DNA from: Candidatus Odinarchaeota archaeon
GTDB taxonomy: Archaea; Asgardarchaeota; Odinarchaeia; Odinarchaeales; Odinarchaeaceae
Direction of reading: 5' to 3'
Assembly: GCA_038826135.1 (NCBI GenBank)
Contig: JAWBON010000003.1
Coordinates: 5,690 to 37,689 of the forward strand
DNA: 32,000 nucleotides
How positions within the stretch are numbered: the first letter of the stretch is position 1; each line of letters opens with the position of its first letter. Positions 8,514 through 16,700 of this stretch are shown here, piece after piece. The translations under genes and the position numbers were made by a program. The notes under the pieces were generated by a model. That model was not told the DNA's origin. It saw only the letters and a list, made by a program, of their open reading frames with translations, and made no database searches.

Positions 8514-8569
8514 ATGCATTCACCTTCTTTTTTAATAGAATATTTTATTAACTTGAAAATTATAAAAAT

Positions 8570-9220
8570 ATGGTATACGTTTTAGTGCTTAGGTTTCTGA
8601 AAAGATTATTATATGTGATTGTTGTATACAATTTTGTATCCGTACGGTACCTTGTTTCAGGAGGTAAAATTATCAAAGAAGAAACCGATAAAAATGTTAT
8701 TTTTTGGATTAATAGACAATTAGATGACCCGATTACAAAAATTATGCTTAAAGAGACCAATTTAACTGAAATTCAGCTTAATACGCTCTTATTAGATTTT
8801 CTAGCAGATGGTTTTTCTGAAGAAAAGGTAAAGTACGAGGAGAAAGCAAGACTAAGAAGATTGAAAGCCGAGGTAAAAAAGGAGGGTAAAAGAGCGATAA
8901 CCAGAACCAATTCTGGAGTTTCGAGAGGCGCCTTTAACAGGGTTCTAAAGCAAGCTAGAAAAAATGTGATAAGATCAATTTACACAATTATACTACTAGG
9001 CTATCTGGGTCTTTTTGACGATCCTCGTCTCCAACAATATCTTGAACTAGCAGAAGAGCTGAGAGGATATTCCAAAACATATGAGAAAGCATATGCTCAA
9101 CTTACAGACAACAAGACTCAGCTAAAGGAAATCAAGGAATTATTATCCAGTCTACAAAAACATTTAAAAGAGACAATAGAGCAGCTTGGAGACCATACGA
9201 GTTTAAAATCAAAAAAGTAA
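8570..9220 (+). CDS. Conserved archaeal helical protein of unknown function (true start probably about 8669-8672)
   Basis: Motif SRGAFNRVLKQARKNVIRSIYTIILLGYLG, which I recall in TACK/Asgard hypothetical proteins. GGAGGT at 8660-8665 precedes in-frame ATT/ATC. Confidence 0.7.
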   Translation: MVYVLVLRFLKRLLYVIVVYNFVSVRYLVSGGKIIKEETDKNVIFWINRQLDDPITKIMLKETNLTEIQLNTLLLDFLADGFSEEKVKYEEKARLRRLKAEVKKEGKRAITRTNSGVSRGAFNRVLKQARKNVIRSIYTIILLGYLGLFDDPRLQQYLELAEELRGYSKTYEKAYAQLTDNKTQLKEIKELLSSLQKHLKETIEQLGDHTSLKSKK

Positions 9221-9365
9221 TATAACGGAATATATTGGGTTATAATGGAGGATAATAGGATTATATTCAAATATAAGGCGCCGACTAAAAAATAGTATAA
9301 GTAAACTTACAAATATTTAAGAGAAGGAGTTACGTAATACATTGGAGTATGTTGGGAGATATAAT

Positions 9366-10286
9366 ATGACCTGGACTCGTGATGTGTTCACCAGCAGAAT
9401 TAAAAATTTAGAAGAAGCGCGGCGCAAATACTACGAACTCTTAGGGTGGCAGAAGAATATATTTCAGGATGCGGAGCTACCGGCAGGGGATATATACGTT
9501 GACAATAATGAAGACTGCATTATCCAGATAGCTCAAGCACTTAATGGTCAAAAAAGCCAAATTGTATTAATATACGGTGATGCGGGAATCGGTAAATCTT
9601 GTTTCAGAAGGGAGATGGAGGAAGAGCTACGAAGCGATCCTGTGATAGGTAAAAAGTACATGTTTATTATAGTGGATGACCCCGGACAGTATACTGATCT
9701 TCAAGTATTAAGACTGATTGGTTCGGAGCTAAATATTGATTTTGAATCAAAGTGGAATAATCGAGAGGCTGTCGCCTCAATGATACTTAAAAAATTGCTT
9801 GAAAATTTTATTGAGAAAAGGGTTCAAACAATTATAGTTTTAGATGAGGCTCAGAAGCTTAGCCTAATAAGCCTTGACACTTTAAAACAGTTTAGCGACC
9901 TTGAGTATGAGGGGATAAAAATATGTAGGCTAATTTTACTAGGCACCCCGGAAATATTCAAGAAATTATCCTCACCTTCGATGGAGCCTTTTATCGATAG
10001 GATACTTATTAAATTTGAATTAAAAGGCTTCAACTTTAAAGAGACCGCGGAGTATATTGCGAGGTGGATTGCGTACAGTAAAGGTGAGGAGTTTAAGGGT
10101 GTAGATGGGACTTCTATCTACCCATTTACCCCAGATGCGGTTGAAAAAATATTTCAAATCTCAAAAGGCCATCCGCGAACGGTCAGAAAACTGTGCGCCC
10201 TAAGTATAGATGTAAGACTTGAGAATCCGAAGAGTGTTGAGATAGATTCGCCAATAGTTGAGGAAGCTAGTAAAAGATTAATATAA
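9366..10286 (+). CDS. ExeA/GspA-like (AAA_22) AAA+ ATPase
   Basis: Walker A GDAGIGKS, Walker B IIVLDEAQ, sensor-1 LILLGTPE, arginine-finger region FIDRI, lid SKGHPRTVRKLC. ATG at 9366 follows GGGAG. Confidence 0.8.
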   Translation: MTWTRDVFTSRIKNLEEARRKYYELLGWQKNIFQDAELPAGDIYVDNNEDCIIQIAQALNGQKSQIVLIYGDAGIGKSCFRREMEEELRSDPVIGKKYMFIIVDDPGQYTDLQVLRLIGSELNIDFESKWNNREAVASMILKKLLENFIEKRVQTIIVLDEAQKLSLISLDTLKQFSDLEYEGIKICRLILLGTPEIFKKLSSPSMEPFIDRILIKFELKGFNFKETAEYIARWIAYSKGEEFKGVDGTSIYPFTPDAVEKIFQISKGHPRTVRKLCALSIDVRLENPKSVEIDSPIVEEASKRLI

Positions 10287-10333
10287 TCGTTAGTAGTATA
10301 ATGTCATATAATATAATCCATTGGAGGATTTAT

Positions 10334-10675
10334 ATGTCTAAACCGAAGAATCCATTTGCAGAAAGATTTAGAAAGATTGACGGGGGGAAAGCATCCGTAA
10401 TTGCAAGCGCGTGGGAAAACATTGTTAAAGAGAAAAAACAAAGCGAGGGCGGAGATTTATCGAGAAACAGCACGACCGAGACTGAAGATATGGTTAAAAT
10501 ATCATTATGGGTTCCAAAGGCTATTAAAAATGATATTGACGAGTTTATAAAATCCCTTAAAGGAAGTTCACTATATAAGCCGTTTGCTAAAAGCTCTGTT
10601 ATATTAAGGCAGGCACTTGAACTCGGTTATCCTAAGTTGAAAGAACATATTATGAGCCTTTTAACAGATCAGTGA
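10334..10675 (+). CDS. Ribbon-helix-helix-like DNA-binding protein with long N-terminal tail
   Basis: VKISLWVPKAIKNDIDEF...KSSVILRQALE. GGAGG precedes the ATG at 10334. Confidence 0.6.
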   Translation: MSKPKNPFAERFRKIDGGKASVIASAWENIVKEKKQSEGGDLSRNSTTETEDMVKISLWVPKAIKNDIDEFIKSLKGSSLYKPFAKSSVILRQALELGYPKLKEHIMSLLTDQ

Positions 10676-10696
10676 GTATAAGCGGAATACAAAGTA

Positions 10697-11281
10697 TTAC
10701 AAGGTATTATAAGAGAGGACGTCTATTTTTGTTAAAATCCCGATGATTGAACTGGCCTCAGCTATAAGCACAGCAGGATAACCCTGCGTAAACAATTTAT
10801 TAACATCCTCTAATTTTGAATTTATATTAACCACGGGGAGAGGGTCAGACATCACCTCGCCCACCCTTAATTCTGACAGATCTTTCTTCTGAACTGCTTT
10901 TTCTAAGAGATCTGATTCTAATACGCACCCCACCGGCTTACCTTGATCAAGTACCGGTATTTGAGAGACACCGTATTTTTTCATAAGCTCGATAGCGTCT
11001 GAAACTTTCGCTTTTACATCTAGCGAGATTAAGTTCGGTATTTTGCTTTTATCTTTATTTTTTAATATTAAGATATCTTTGACTGTTTTTTTAAGCCGCA
11101 TTGTTTCTTCAATAGCGTCAATAATTTTTCTAATAGTTGATAACCTGGGATCGACCGTATCAGATTCTATACGGGCTATTAGTGACTGGCTTAAATGAGA
11201 TTTTCGTGCCAATTCGGCTTGAGTTAAACCTGCTTTTTTTCTATAATTTTTGATATCTTCACTGGAGGGAATGTTAAACAT
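10697..11281 (-). CDS. XRE-HTH plus CBS-pair transcriptional regulator
   Basis: RKKAGLTQAELA..SQSLIARIE..VDPRLST followed by two CBS repeats. Confidence 0.9.
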   Translation of the reverse strand: MFNIPSSEDIKNYRKKAGLTQAELARKSHLSQSLIARIESDTVDPRLSTIRKIIDAIEETMRLKKTVKDILILKNKDKSKIPNLISLDVKAKVSDAIELMKKYGVSQIPVLDQGKPVGCVLESDLLEKAVQKKDLSELRVGEVMSDPLPVVNINSKLEDVNKLFTQGYPAVLIAEASSIIGILTKIDVLSYNTL

Positions 11282-11428
11282 CGACTCACCTAATTACTTA
11301 TATTCATATTAATATTGTTCATTTATTCATATTTAATAATATATAATTTTTAAAGGAATAAATAGATAATTTATCTTGGTTGAAGAGGCGAATGGGGTAT
11401 AATGTAGTCTAATGGATTACTTTGGAGG

Positions 11429-12970
11429 ATGAAAATGCAAACAATAAATCAAATGTTAGAAGACCTTATAGAGAGAGGCTATCAATTAACACCAGCAGCT
11501 TTTAAAATTATAAATGAATCTGAAAACCCGCTTGAAACAATCAGCCTACTAATAAACAAAATTTCGGCAACCTCTGGTTTACCCCCTGTTTTAGATGTAG
11601 AGGTTATTTCCTCTTTAATAAATACTCAAAAGGATATTTCACCCCCCAGACCGGAATTAAATCATAATGGTCAGATAGCTACTAGTTTAAAACCTTTACC
11701 GGTAGCCCGAGATGCGGTTGAAAAAATAAAAATATTATTCGACCCTACCGGCAAATCATACTCCACAGGGAGAACAGAGGAGTTCATTAAATACTTTCAG
11801 AACAGGTACATGAAAATTAAAAAAATTTTCCTCTCAAGGAAGGATATGAACGATGTTATAACAATAGATGGTTTAAGCAGAACAAATTCAACGGAGGACA
11901 AAATCAAATTAATAGCTATAGTAATGGATAAAAAAGCTACGGGAAAGGGGAATATTCTACTAGAATTAGAGGATCCGACAGGTACAATTAAAGCAATCGT
12001 CAACAAGAATAACAGAGAACTATTTTTAAAAGCAAATAACATATTATTAGACCAGGTGTTGTGCTTCGAAGGCACAGTCAGCCAGTCGAACTTATTCTTT
12101 ATTGAAGAAATATATTGGCCGAATACGTCAACTCAGCATAAAAGTAAAAGCGCAGGGGAACAGATATTTGTAGGCTTACTTTCAGACATGCATATTGGGA
12201 GTAAACAGTTTTTAGAAAAATATTTTTTAAAGTTTATATCCTGGTTAAAAGGGGAAATAGGAAGTGAGAAGCAGAGAGAGATAGCCAGCCGATTGAAATA
12301 TATTATAATCGCTGGCGACTTAGTTGATGGAATAGGGGTTTACCCTCATCAAGAAGAAGATCTCGCCATTATAGATGTTACCGAGCAATATGAAAAAGCC
12401 AGATCACTACTAGAACAAATACCCGAATACATAAATATCATTATCAGCCCCGGTAATCACGATGCGAGTCGGCAAGCTTTACCCCAGCCAGCGATACCTG
12501 AAAAATATGCTAAAGGATTATACGATATGAAAAATGTAGTAATGGTTGGGAACCCCGCATTAATCCAAATATGTGAACATAATTTTCTCGTATACCATGG
12601 AAGAAGTTTAGATGATTTAGCAGCGTCAATCCAAGGTGCAACACCACTTAACCCCACTAGTTTAATGAGGGAGTTACTTGTTGGACGACATTTAGCTCCA
12701 GAGTTCGGAAATAGAACACCTATATCCCCGGAGTTCGAGGACTACTTGGTTATAGAAAATGAACCTGATGTCTTCCATGCAGGGCATTTACATATAACTG
12801 GGGTTGAAACATATCGGAATATAGCATTAGTAAATTCCGGTACCTGGCAAAGTCAAACTACATATCAAAAGAACATGGGGATAATTCCAACACCTTGCAA
12901 AATTCCATTATATGATTTGAGGGAGAACAAAATCCATATAATCGATTTTATGGAATACAACGGAGGATAA
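11429..12970 (+). CDS. polB: DNA polymerase D small subunit DP1
   Basis: OB-fold (LEDPTG) followed by phosphoesterase motifs SDMHIGS, AGDLVDG, PGNHDA, YHG, HAGHLH and NSGTWQ. Confidence 0.96.
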   Translation: MKMQTINQMLEDLIERGYQLTPAAFKIINESENPLETISLLINKISATSGLPPVLDVEVISSLINTQKDISPPRPELNHNGQIATSLKPLPVARDAVEKIKILFDPTGKSYSTGRTEEFIKYFQNRYMKIKKIFLSRKDMNDVITIDGLSRTNSTEDKIKLIAIVMDKKATGKGNILLELEDPTGTIKAIVNKNNRELFLKANNILLDQVLCFEGTVSQSNLFFIEEIYWPNTSTQHKSKSAGEQIFVGLLSDMHIGSKQFLEKYFLKFISWLKGEIGSEKQREIASRLKYIIIAGDLVDGIGVYPHQEEDLAIIDVTEQYEKARSLLEQIPEYINIIISPGNHDASRQALPQPAIPEKYAKGLYDMKNVVMVGNPALIQICEHNFLVYHGRSLDDLAASIQGATPLNPTSLMRELLVGRHLAPEFGNRTPISPEFEDYLVIENEPDVFHAGHLHITGVETYRNIALVNSGTWQSQTTYQKNMGIIPTPCKIPLYDLRENKIHIIDFMEYNGG

Positions 12971-12988
12971 TATCGTATATAATCTATG

Positions 12989-14227
12989 TTACGCGCCTAT
13001 CTTTTTTAAAGAAGACTCTAGTGAAAATATTTTTTTCAGCCGAAAATCTTTTTCCAAACAGTTTCTCACCAAGTCCGGTGCCACAGCTAATTTAATTTTT
13101 TTAGTGCGACCATAACGGCCTTTATTAATTATCGCCGCATTTATTAAACCATGCATGTCTAGCTCACTTATTAGATCGCTTATTCTCCTCTGGGTTAAAT
13201 TATCCACTTTTATTATCTCAGTTAATTTTAGGTAGATGTTAAAAATGTCGCCTGTAATAATTTCAGGCGTCTTGTTTTTCTCCAATAAGTATACACTAAG
13301 CAAAACTATTTTTGATTGAATTGGCAGAGATTTTAAGAGTTCAGATACAATATCATGTTCATATTGAAACATGCTTTTTCTAACATGATCCTCAGTTACT
13401 CGTTGCGCGCCCTCCCTTTCAGCGAATTCCCCGGCGACCCTAAGCAAGTCGATCGCCCGTCTAGCGTCACCATGCTCCCTCGCAGCTAAAGCCGCGCATA
13501 AATTAATAACTCCAGGTTCAATAACCCCGCGGTTAAAACCCATCTCCGCTCGATTCCTCAAAATATCTTGAAGCTCTAAAGCAGTGTAAGGCGGGAATAC
13601 AAGCTCCTCCTCACTTAGACTACTAAGAACCCGGGGGTCAAGATAATCCTTAAATTTAAGATCGTTAGTGATGCCTACAATATTAACCCTAGCGCGTTTT
13701 AAACTAGAGTTTATCCTAGTTAAATTATAAAGGATATCGGTTCCGCTTTTTTCAACTAGTTTATCAACCTCGTCAAGAACCACGATTAAAAGTTGAGCTT
13801 CAACATCAAGCTTATCCTTAAACCTGTAATAAACTTCATCAGTCGGCAACCCTGTAAACGGTATTTCAACATTGACAGACTCGGCTAAACGCGCCAGCAC
13901 CCGGTAATTAGTATCGATAATTCTACAATTAATATAGGAGCTATTAACTTTCAGTTTGCTTTCAATTCTTAACGCGCGCTCCGATAGTTTTTCTATAACA
14001 TACTTAACAACAGCTGTTTTACCAGTTCCTGTTTTACCGTAAATAAATAAATTTGAGGGGGTCCCGCCTTTCAAAGCAGATGCGAGAATCATGCCTACCC
14101 GAGTGATCTGTTGTTCCCTATGCGGAAGCTCGCTTGGTATGTAGGTGGGCCGCATCACATCCCTGTTTTTAAAAATATTGCTCATTAAAATACGATCGAA
14201 TGTGGCTTCCAATGTGTTATCGCTCAT
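12989..14227 (-). CDS. cdc6: Orc1/Cdc6 replication initiator (origin-proximal)
   Basis: Y-P-LPHRE, Walker A GKTGTGKT, Walker B VLDEVD, HGDARRAIDLLR, winged-helix GRYGRT. Confidence 0.97.
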   Translation of the reverse strand: MSDNTLEATFDRILMSNIFKNRDVMRPTYIPSELPHREQQITRVGMILASALKGGTPSNLFIYGKTGTGKTAVVKYVIEKLSERALRIESKLKVNSSYINCRIIDTNYRVLARLAESVNVEIPFTGLPTDEVYYRFKDKLDVEAQLLIVVLDEVDKLVEKSGTDILYNLTRINSSLKRARVNIVGITNDLKFKDYLDPRVLSSLSEEELVFPPYTALELQDILRNRAEMGFNRGVIEPGVINLCAALAAREHGDARRAIDLLRVAGEFAEREGAQRVTEDHVRKSMFQYEHDIVSELLKSLPIQSKIVLLSVYLLEKNKTPEIITGDIFNIYLKLTEIIKVDNLTQRRISDLISELDMHGLINAAIINKGRYGRTKKIKLAVAPDLVRNCLEKDFRLKKIFSLESSLKKIGA

Positions 14228-14250
14228 AATAGACTACTCCAAAAGATTAG

Positions 14251-14265
14251 TGCAGTGAAATATCG
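14251..14265 (+). promoter_or_regulatory. Possible degenerate mini-ORB just upstream of the cdc6 start
   Basis: TGCAGTGAAATATCG partly matches TCCAGTGGAAATA and has no G-string. Confidence 0.25.
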
Positions 14266-14684
14266 TTTTTCATTATTAAAGATTTACTATATAGAAAACT
14301 TAAAACAGTACAAGCTCGTTTTAGCGCTTTTTTCAAGAATCTATGGTTGACGGGAGTATTCTCAGTTTCAATTGTGGCGCTTAACCATGAATAAAGAAAT
14401 TTTATAATAAAAGTTTAGCAAGCGTTTTTTCACTAACATAAACTTTTAAACCCTTATAATTTGGTAATAACCCGCTCTACTTCCCCTAAATCCTAAATTA
14501 AATTTAAAAATAATAAAGAAATAAAATTCTTATAAGATATATTTGTGAAATTGTAAAAACCTAGAAAAGCGATAATAAGAGCAAAGTTAGCTAATCGCGG
14601 TTTAATCGGTTTTTTATAGTATACAATATTTCACAGATAAACATAAATATACAAAAATTTATAGTAATTAAGCAGTGGTTCCAG

Positions 14685-15146
14685 ATGGCGCACGGACGGG
14701 TCAAAATAGAGTTCTTCAACCAGGAGGCGGGCAGTAAGGTAACTTTAATCATCGAGGGGGGGCTGCCTCAGAATGTAATCACCCCTCTCGAATCATTTTT
14801 ATTATCAACTATAAAACAGCCAGAAATAGAGAATATAGAAGAGCGCCCCACGCCGACTGCGTTAGACTTAGATTCATTGACAAAGAAGCAGAAAATAGAA
14901 TTAATAATTATAAAATATTTTAGAAACGGTTCATTCACTTCAAGAGACGTCCAAGAGTTATATAAATCCGCTTTTGAAGAAGAGATAAATCTGAGCACTA
15001 TTTCAACTAATCTGATCAGGCTTGTTGAAGAAGGAGTGCTGTTAAGAAGCGGACCGCGCTTAGACCGGCGTTACCGTTTATATGTAAATGTTGCAAAGAA
15101 GAAGTTGATTCAACTATACCCGCTCACAGAGAGGTTAAAGGCCTAG
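14685..15146 (+). CDS. Winged-helix protein divergent from cdc6
   Basis: C-terminal FTSRDVQELY..INLSTISTNLIRLVEEGVL..RRY wHTH pattern. Confidence 0.7.
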   Translation: MAHGRVKIEFFNQEAGSKVTLIIEGGLPQNVITPLESFLLSTIKQPEIENIEERPTPTALDLDSLTKKQKIELIIIKYFRNGSFTSRDVQELYKSAFEEEINLSTISTNLIRLVEEGVLLRSGPRLDRRYRLYVNVAKKKLIQLYPLTERLKA

Positions 15147-15213
15147 CTTCAATTATGTTTAAATAGTTTATCACTTAATTTATATATAAAATAAAATTAT
15201 AGGTCGGTTTATA

Positions 15214-15492
15214 ATGCCAGCTAAATCCGACAAAACAACCATTATTAACGAGGACAGTTATGTTAGCGGGGAAGTAGTTAAATCTAAACTAGATTTAAAG
15301 AATACAATATTAGATCTGCTCGGCAAGCACGGTCCGCTAACTAGAGATGATATGGTTGAGTTCACAGGAATACCGAGAACCACCTTATATGATTCCCTCG
15401 ATAAATTGATATTATCTGGAAAAGTTGAAAAATATGTTTTAAAAGTTAATAAGAAAGGTAGGCCAACGGTTTATTACGAGTTGGTGAAATAA
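15214..15492 (+). CDS. TrmB/ArsR-like winged-helix protein
   Basis: GPLTRDDMVEFTGIPRTTLYDSLDKL..GKV..GRPTVYY. Confidence 0.8.
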   Translation: MPAKSDKTTIINEDSYVSGEVVKSKLDLKNTILDLLGKHGPLTRDDMVEFTGIPRTTLYDSLDKLILSGKVEKYVLKVNKKGRPTVYYELVK

Positions 15493-15720
15493 CTCTATAA
15501 AATCTCCTAGCCAGCTATTAATTAATGAATTATATTTTTAGTTATAATAAATGTTGAAGTGAAAATAAGGGTATAATATTTAGGGAATATAAGTTTACGA
15601 ATAACATAATAGATATAAGTTAAATTACATAGTAAGCGATAAGTTCTGATAAACTACTTTTTCATAATATTTTAGTTAATAAAACAATGTTTTTGAAACC
15701 TGCTTAAATTTAGTTACCCT

Positions 15721-15742
15721 CACCCCATTGCTTCCACTGGAA
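15721..15742 (-). promoter_or_regulatory. Origin recognition box (ORB), left
   Basis: Minus strand reads TTCCAGTGGAAGCAATGGGGTG (TTCC-N3-GGAA core plus G-string). Confidence 0.82.
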
Positions 15743-15910
15743 GTTATTAAAATAAATAGAATTATATTTTATAGTTAAAAAAATAGTTTGAATGTATATT
15801 AATTTTCATATATAAAAACTTATCGCAGATCCTTTACCACCAGCTATTAGACGCTTTAATCACATGCACCCATAATAAATCCTTCTATAAATTGCAGTAT
15901 TGAAACATAT

Positions 15911-15934
15911 CAAATACCAAAACAAATACCAAAA
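15911..15934 (+). repeat. Tandem 12-mer direct repeat (CAAATACCAAAA x2) between the ORBs
   Basis: 15911-15922 and 15923-15934 are identical; a partial third copy lies near 15952-15960. Confidence 0.8.
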
Positions 15935-16019
15935 TCAAGCACAACGCGTAAACAAATACAATGAAAAGTTGAAATTATAAAAATAATTATAATAAAGCCC
16001 TAATCTATCTATTAAATTC

Positions 16020-16039
16020 TCCAGTGGAAATAAAGGGGT
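16020..16039 (+). promoter_or_regulatory. Origin recognition box (ORB), right
   Basis: TCCAGTGGAAATAAAGGGGT matches the archaeal ORB consensus. Confidence 0.88.
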
Positions 16040-16045
16040 TGCCGG

Positions 16046-16339
16046 TTATTTGAGAAAAACCTCTTTTTCCACTAAAAACTTTCTCACCGTTATAACATCA
16101 CTGTAGATCCTAAACAATTCATCAAAAAACCCAGAAAACTCTAAATTAACACTTATCGCACTATCCCCTATTTTATTAGCTTGGTAACGTTGCAGAAGCC
16201 CCGCCCTGTCTTTCTCTTTTAAACCGTCCTTAGTCAACCACTTATATTTGTACCCAAACAACTCTTTGTTAAACCTAGTTCGCCGCGGATCCCTCTGTCT
16301 TCCTTTTTTAACATCATAAACGTATATTACTAGCGACAC
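16046..16339 (-). CDS. Small Cas2-like / ferredoxin-fold protein (orphan)
   Basis: N-terminal hydrophobic strand ending in YDV, basic helix, and a later SAISV strand. There is no array or other cas gene in the window. Confidence 0.45.
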   Translation of the reverse strand: MSLVIYVYDVKKGRQRDPRRTRFNKELFGYKYKWLTKDGLKEKDRAGLLQRYQANKIGDSAISVNLEFSGFFDELFRIYSDVITVRKFLVEKEVFLK

Positions 16340-16700
16340 ATCTATAATAGTTGACCACCGGTCTTAAAAAACTTATACAAAGTCTTAAACAAAAACCCGG
16401 CTGGTTCTGAACACCAATTATAATGGACAAATATTCGTTGAACCACGCTTAGACTTTAACTCAGAACTCACGTAGACCTGAACCTGCGCCTCCATGGCGG
16501 TAAATCCTGTTTTTGCCTTTAATTTTTTGGCCTCTCAAGCTAAATCGTTTAAACATCCTGCAGCCAGTATCTTCTCAATTAGAATAATTCTACCTCTCAT
16601 ACATTAACAACCCCCTCTTAATTGGTGTTTTTATAATTTTTTGTAAACTGGTTAGTGAATTTAACCCAACTGTGATTTTCCGGGGGCGTGGTGGTTTATT

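Larger units (their letters stand above)
15493..16045. other. Putative replication origin (oriC): AT-rich intergenic region with two inverted ORBs
   Basis: About 550 bp without a credible ORF, very AT-rich, two ORB matches, and cdc6 and DP1 nearby. Confidence 0.8.

Noticed and set aside
9366-10286. TnsC/TniB ATPase of a Tn7-like transposon
   Set aside because: No transposase, TniQ or terminal repeats nearby, and the flanking genes are chromosomal housekeeping genes.
11649-11676. BHB-like motif in the DP1 linker (GACC-GGA-ATTA-AATCA-TAAT-GGTC-AGA)
   Set aside because: Excision would remove 20 nt and frameshift an intact essential ORF. The inner stem is only 4 A:U pairs and the outer helix 1 bp, so a few such motifs are expected by chance in 32 kb. 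A regulatory cleavage role is not excluded but is unsupported.
16418-16600. Selenocysteine read-through of the in-frame TGA
   Set aside because: No redox-type motif, no recognisable homology and no evident SECIS.
15493-16700. CRISPR array near the Cas2-like gene
   Set aside because: No regularly spaced repeats with unique spacers; only short origin-type repeats.
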